Shown here in pieces: positions 5,778 to 10,004 of a DNA stretch of 10,004 nucleotides. The position numbers were made by a program, and so were the translations under genes. The stretch lies in the UHGV virus genome UHGV-0113281. One strand, 5' to 3'. Source of the stretch: a virus. The notes under the pieces are model-generated. The model was not told where the DNA came from and made no database searches. It saw nothing but the letters and a program-made list of their open reading frames with translations. How positions within the stretch are numbered: position 1 is the first letter of the stretch; each line of letters begins with the position of its first letter.

Positions 5778-7946
5778 TTACTCCTGTGCCATTCCGCTTA
5801 GCGATGCCACAATTCCAGCTCTTGCTAAACGCTGGAACTCTTCGTTTCCTAGTGCCTCGCGTATTGCTTTTACGGCGGCCTTATTTGCCATAAATCTGCG
5901 TTCCGCCGCCGCTAATGCACCATCACTTGCCCCAACCTTAACTGCCTTTGTTGCCTCTTGAACAGCCTTTTCAATAGCGTAACGACCGCTTCTAGTTGCG
6001 GATAATTTCGCTATCGCTCCTTTTGCCATTGCATCAATTGCCCCACCTGCAGCGCCACCCGCTATTGCTCCAATGACGCCTCCTCCAGAGAACCCTGCGA
6101 TAGTGCCAATAGTTCTAAAAGCGCCAGACAATGCGCTCTCTAAAACTGGATGAAGGCCATTCTCAAGAGTGCTAATGGCTGGCATAGATCGCCCTGTCTG
6201 TTCAACATATCGAAGTGGCTTTGTTGCTGCTCGTGCAAGTTCTCCGTATGAACTTGTAATCCTGCCAAGATCTGGAGAATATCGACTAATTGCCTTCACG
6301 TTTTGTGGGGTAAGAATAGTCGCGATATGCTTAATTCCAGCCTCTTCAGACTTACCTCCGCGTACCCCTTGCGACATTGCATCTTGTAATATTGATGCAA
6401 TTGCTGGCGCGCGTTCCGACTCAGGTAGGGCGCTTATTATTTTATGGAACTGACCTGTTCCACTTTTTGCTGAACCCTGTAACGCCTTAGATCCATTAGT
6501 TACCAACTGATCAGTTGCAAGGTCTCTACCAAACGCTGCTTCAGCCTGTTCTTGTGCTGTAAATCTTGCCTTTGACAGATCATTAGCTTTTTGCCAGTCA
6601 TCAAGAAAACCGCCATTTTGAGCCATTATGCGCATATCTTCCGTTGCTGCATCACGAAGCTCAGCCATGCGCCTTGCCGTATTTGCCTCACCAGACCTTA
6701 TATACTTCTGCTCTGCGTCAGCAAGTTTACTTCGCCATGCCTTCATGGCATCAAACGTGATTCCTTTTTTACCAGTTTTAGCATAAGCAGATGCGAATTG
6801 TTTCATCTCAGGAGTTAGCGGCATGCCAGCCAAAATATCACCCTGAATTGTAGCGTTCAGGTTTGACATTCTGGCCTTTGCGTCAGGCATCGTGGAGCGG
6901 ACGCTATCCCATGCAGCCTTTTCTGAATTTTTCATTTTATCAATACTTGCCAAAACCCTTTGTTTTATGGCTGCACTTTTTTCTGATGCAGTTCCTGCTT
7001 CAGCCCCAAACTCATCCAATGCTGAGTTAAATTTCGACTCTATTTCACTGAATGCTTTGGTGTGTGCATCCTGTGTAATTCCGGGCTTTGACGCCAGAAT
7101 CCCCTCCGCCTGAGCAAGACCACGACTACCTGATCTCATGCCAGGAGTTAATGCGTTGATATCTATTCCAGCAGTATCTGCTGCTTTTGCTATTTCGTCT
7201 GACACATTAGCTGACTGTCTGGCAATAATCTCTCTTCCTGTACCAGACTTTGCCATTTTCGAAACATCAGCAGCGGAATTTATTGCCCCGCCACCAAGAA
7301 CTTGAGGTGATTTAGAGGTTAAGATCCTTCCAGCCCCAGAAAGTATCCCCTGAGCACCAATATTGATACCACCGTTAATGGCAGCATTTTGTGCAAAATC
7401 ACCCTCCTGATTTGCAGCATCAGCAAGAGAACCGGCAATCATGTTACCTGCGGAACCGATGTCTCCTGAGAGCTTTGCTGGCGCTCCAGCAGCTTTTGCT
7501 GCTGTGCCAATTGGCAGGAGGTACCCACCAATTGTTTCACCGGCTTGCGCGTAAGGGTCTGTCGGTCGATCGACTGGACGATAGACATCATCCAATACTT
7601 TTGGCCCACCAAGCCCCTGACTGATTGCATTAATCAGACTTGCGCCACCCTGCAATACGTCAAATGGTATGTTTACCAGACCACGACCAGCCTGTTCTGC
7701 AATTTGCCCTGCACTTTGACCACCAGTGAGCCAATCGCCAGCTTGTTGCATCAATGATGGTTCTTCTTTCTGCTGCTGAGGCGGAGGGTATGCTGCATAA
7801 AACTGATCTCTTGCTTCAGCCCATTTGTCACCAGCCTTAGGGGCAACAACCTCATCAAAATATTGCGCTTGAGCCTGTGCTTTCTGTTCTTCAGTTAACG
7901 CCTGATACTGTGGAGAAGCGATAACATCTTTCCATGCTTTAGCCAT
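5778..7946 (-). CDS. Putative ejection / internal virion protein, P22 gp16-like (722 aa)
   Basis: Last and largest of three consecutive Ala/Gly/Gln-rich low-complexity proteins, located immediately before the immI-like module, matching the P22 7-20-16 order. Start overlaps the upstream stop (TAATG). The call rests on synteny and composition. Confidence 0.5.
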   Translation of the reverse strand: MAKAWKDVIASPQYQALTEEQKAQAQAQYFDEVVAPKAGDKWAEARDQFYAAYPPPQQQKEEPSLMQQAGDWLTGGQSAGQIAEQAGRGLVNIPFDVLQGGASLINAISQGLGGPKVLDDVYRPVDRPTDPYAQAGETIGGYLLPIGTAAKAAGAPAKLSGDIGSAGNMIAGSLADAANQEGDFAQNAAINGGINIGAQGILSGAGRILTSKSPQVLGGGAINSAADVSKMAKSGTGREIIARQSANVSDEIAKAADTAGIDINALTPGMRSGSRGLAQAEGILASKPGITQDAHTKAFSEIESKFNSALDEFGAEAGTASEKSAAIKQRVLASIDKMKNSEKAAWDSVRSTMPDAKARMSNLNATIQGDILAGMPLTPEMKQFASAYAKTGKKGITFDAMKAWRSKLADAEQKYIRSGEANTARRMAELRDAATEDMRIMAQNGGFLDDWQKANDLSKARFTAQEQAEAAFGRDLATDQLVTNGSKALQGSAKSGTGQFHKIISALPESERAPAIASILQDAMSQGVRGGKSEEAGIKHIATILTPQNVKAISRYSPDLGRITSSYGELARAATKPLRYVEQTGRSMPAISTLENGLHPVLESALSGAFRTIGTIAGFSGGGVIGAIAGGAAGGAIDAMAKGAIAKLSATRSGRYAIEKAVQEATKAVKVGASDGALAAAERRFMANKAAVKAIREALGNEEFQRLARAGIVASLSGMAQE

Positions 7947-9295
7947 TAATCACCCCATAAAGACGAGAAACCGGACTTATTGCTGTCGCTTCCTGATTTT
8001 CGCTCACTAACATATGTGTCATAACCTGATGAACTGTATCCCATTGATTCAGCCTCCCTTGCTGCAACCTTTTGAAATACAGAATATTGAGATCGTATTT
8101 CAGATAACTGTTTTCTGACGACCTCTTCAGGCTGTGTTATATCGAGTTTCGCGATCAGGTTTTCCAGTTTTTGGCCTTCAGCATTGGAGAGGCTACCCAT
8201 ACCTCGCATAGTCTGCACGTTCTGGACAAACGCACCCGACTTTAATTCTTCTATCGCATTACGGTTTGCAAGCCCTTCAGCACTTGTGAAGCCATCTATA
8301 TTTCTTCCTTCGAAGCGACCGATACCTTCAAGCTCCTTCTTACCAAGCAAAGAATCTATTTTCTCTATCCCTCGCTCACCAGTAATCAACGCATTGTTGT
8401 AATTATTGTTGCCATCAAGCCATCTCTTAGCCTGAGACATTCTGGCTGACGTTGCAGCTTTACCGGTTAGAGGATCAATTCCCGTCGCTGCTATCTGTGA
8501 GTTAAGAGACAAAACATCCATATCCTGAAGTTGTCCTGCTCTTTCAAGGGCCGCCTGTGACTGCTTAAACACATACTTGTCGTGATTCAGTCTTGCCATT
8601 TGAGCCTTATAGGAAAGATCCTGCCCCCTAATAGCCCTCGCATTCGTCATGTCATTATTGCGAATGGTTTCGTTAATTCTTTGCTGCTCCTGCTGGCGAC
8701 CAACCATCTTGTCCTGAACAGCAAACGCCTTTTCTGGCCCAAGCGCACCGAGAGACATAGTAGTCAGCATGTGTGATAGCTGCTCTGGATTCTGGATACC
8801 TGTCTGAATCATCCAGTCAGCATTCGCACCCACGCGATTTAACCTGTCCTTGTTGTCAGTAATGAATTTACTGTAGGCTTCCGGTCCCTGAGAAAGAGCG
8901 ACGTTAGCCCTCATGGCTAAATCGCCCATATCGTTGCGTTGCTGATCATTAAGACCGGAAAACGCCTGTTGTGCCTGTGCAACAAACGCTGGATTTTCCT
9001 GGGCAAACTTAAATAGTCCCGATGGATCACCAGAAGCCCATGCATCAGCGTGAACCTTATTGAACGCACTAATAGCTTTCTGTTGCTGTTCCTGATTGTA
9101 AATATCAGCAACTCCAGCCAGACCACGTAACGCGGTCAGGCCAACGTTATTTGCACCTGAGCGAGCCAGTTCATTGTTTTCGCGGATCAGACCAAGCGTT
9201 GCGTTAATGTCGCTTGCCTTTGGCGCATTCTCATTTTGCGTACCGATGCCAGCCAGAAAACCACCAGAATTAATACCCTGTTGCCACGTAGCCAT
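7946..9295 (-). CDS. Putative ejection / DNA-transfer protein, P22 gp20-like (449 aa)
   Basis: Middle gene of the three-gene block; its size is close to P22 gp20 (471 aa); Gln/Asn/Ala-rich. Synteny-based call. Confidence 0.5.
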   Translation of the reverse strand: MATWQQGINSGGFLAGIGTQNENAPKASDINATLGLIRENNELARSGANNVGLTALRGLAGVADIYNQEQQQKAISAFNKVHADAWASGDPSGLFKFAQENPAFVAQAQQAFSGLNDQQRNDMGDLAMRANVALSQGPEAYSKFITDNKDRLNRVGANADWMIQTGIQNPEQLSHMLTTMSLGALGPEKAFAVQDKMVGRQQEQQRINETIRNNDMTNARAIRGQDLSYKAQMARLNHDKYVFKQSQAALERAGQLQDMDVLSLNSQIAATGIDPLTGKAATSARMSQAKRWLDGNNNYNNALITGERGIEKIDSLLGKKELEGIGRFEGRNIDGFTSAEGLANRNAIEELKSGAFVQNVQTMRGMGSLSNAEGQKLENLIAKLDITQPEEVVRKQLSEIRSQYSVFQKVAAREAESMGYSSSGYDTYVSERKSGSDSNKSGFSSLWGD

Positions 9296-9305
9296 TGATT
9301 ACCCC

Positions 9306-9998
9306 TTAAAACAACGAGCCAAGCAGACCAAGACCAGCACCGATACCAGCACCCCACGGAGTTGATAGCTCGAGAGCACTGGCTATGCCACCACCCAAAA
9401 GCGCACCGGATGCAGCACCACTAACCCCCTGCTGCAATGCTGACGGTCGGTTGGCGTTTGCCGCTGCAAGAGCCGCGCTTTGCTGTGAAATCTGACTCAT
9501 GTTGTTGGCGTATGTCTGCCCGGCGTTTGCCTGCCCCTGAAGAGCGCCAAGACCGATATTTGCCAGGTTGTTGTAATTGTTCATTTGTCCAGATAGCCAT
9601 TGCTGACCAAGCGTTGGTGCGATTGTTGCTAACTGATTACTGGTTGCTGTAGAGCCTAATCCACCCGTTGCCTCTGCTGCTGCCAGACTCTGGTAACGCG
9701 CCTGACCAGCAAGATCTTTGTACTGCTGAGAGTTGTAATACTGGTTAAGTGCCTGACCTTGCCCTTCCAGAGACGATAAGTTCTCGAGGCTGCCGACATA
9801 CTTATCAGCCAGAGGAGTAAACGGCTTCAGGTTGTTCATGATGGTGTTGAACTGCTGATTTTGCAGGTCTGCGGCATACTTCTGAGCTTCTGCTGCATAC
9901 TTTGCGCTTTTATCAGAGCTGCCACCTTTCCCACCCTTTTCAGGGCAATAAGGTTCCTCGCCGCGCAGTTTTCTGCCCAGCTTAAATGCATATAACAT
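9306..9998 (-). CDS. Putative ejection protein, P22 gp7-like (230 aa)
   Basis: Size matches P22 gp7 (229 aa). Basic N-terminal leader (MLYAFKLGRKLRGEE...), Gln/Asn/Ala/Gly-rich body and glycine-rich hydrophobic C-terminus (GAGIGAGLGLLGSLF). First gene of the 7-20-16-like block. The ATG is 6 nt from the window edge, so the upstream signals are not visible. Confidence 0.55.
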   Translation of the reverse strand: MLYAFKLGRKLRGEEPYCPEKGGKGGSSDKSAKYAAEAQKYAADLQNQQFNTIMNNLKPFTPLADKYVGSLENLSSLEGQGQALNQYYNSQQYKDLAGQARYQSLAAAEATGGLGSTATSNQLATIAPTLGQQWLSGQMNNYNNLANIGLGALQGQANAGQTYANNMSQISQQSAALAAANANRPSALQQGVSGAASGALLGGGIASALELSTPWGAGIGAGLGLLGSLF

Positions 9999-10004
9999 GG
10001 CTAT

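Noticed and set aside
5719-9652. Opposite-strand or nested ORFs of 60-110 aa inside the ejection-protein genes (for example 5719-5961, 6169-6453, 6591-6818, 7391-7624, 8184-8402, 8582-8776, 9437-9652)
   Set aside because: They overlap long, well-supported minus-strand genes, lack ribosome-binding sites, and have the composition expected from antisense reading of GC-skewed Ala/Gly codons.
1-10004. CRISPR arrays, insertion-sequence elements, integrase or att sites, rRNA/tRNA genes
   Set aside because: No regularly spaced direct repeats, no terminal inverted repeats flanking a transposase-like ORF, and no integrase-like ORF were seen. The only repeats are short operator-like palindromes and terminator hairpins.

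Overview
This window is prophage DNA with almost every gene on the minus strand. Reading the minus strand from high to low coordinates: three large Ala/Gly/Gln-rich genes that look like the gp7-gp20-gp16 ejection (internal virion) proteins that end the late operon of P22-like podoviruses (9998->5778); an AT-rich accessory ('moron') slot holding a plus-strand 109-aa membrane/coiled-coil protein (5448-5777) and a self-contained two-gene toxin-antitoxin-like cassette (5272->4248) made of an unrecognised 188-aa protein coupled to a YafO-family toxin homolog; a P22 immI-like immunity module (mnt-like on plus, divergent arc-like / ClpX-type zinc-finger ORF / ant on minus, 4239-2537) with palindromic operators and a candidate sar-like antisense RNA; a terminator; then nin-region genes (Rha/KilAC antirepressor, ybcO-like, rusA, a 47-aa coupled ORF, Q-like antiterminator; 2468->337) and a tR'-like terminator. 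The strongest candidate for an undescribed system is the 188-aa + YafO-like cassette, possibly together with the divergent 109-aa membrane protein. All protein calls rest on reading the translations and on gene order; no database search could be run. No rRNA, tRNA, CRISPR array, IS element or integrase was found.
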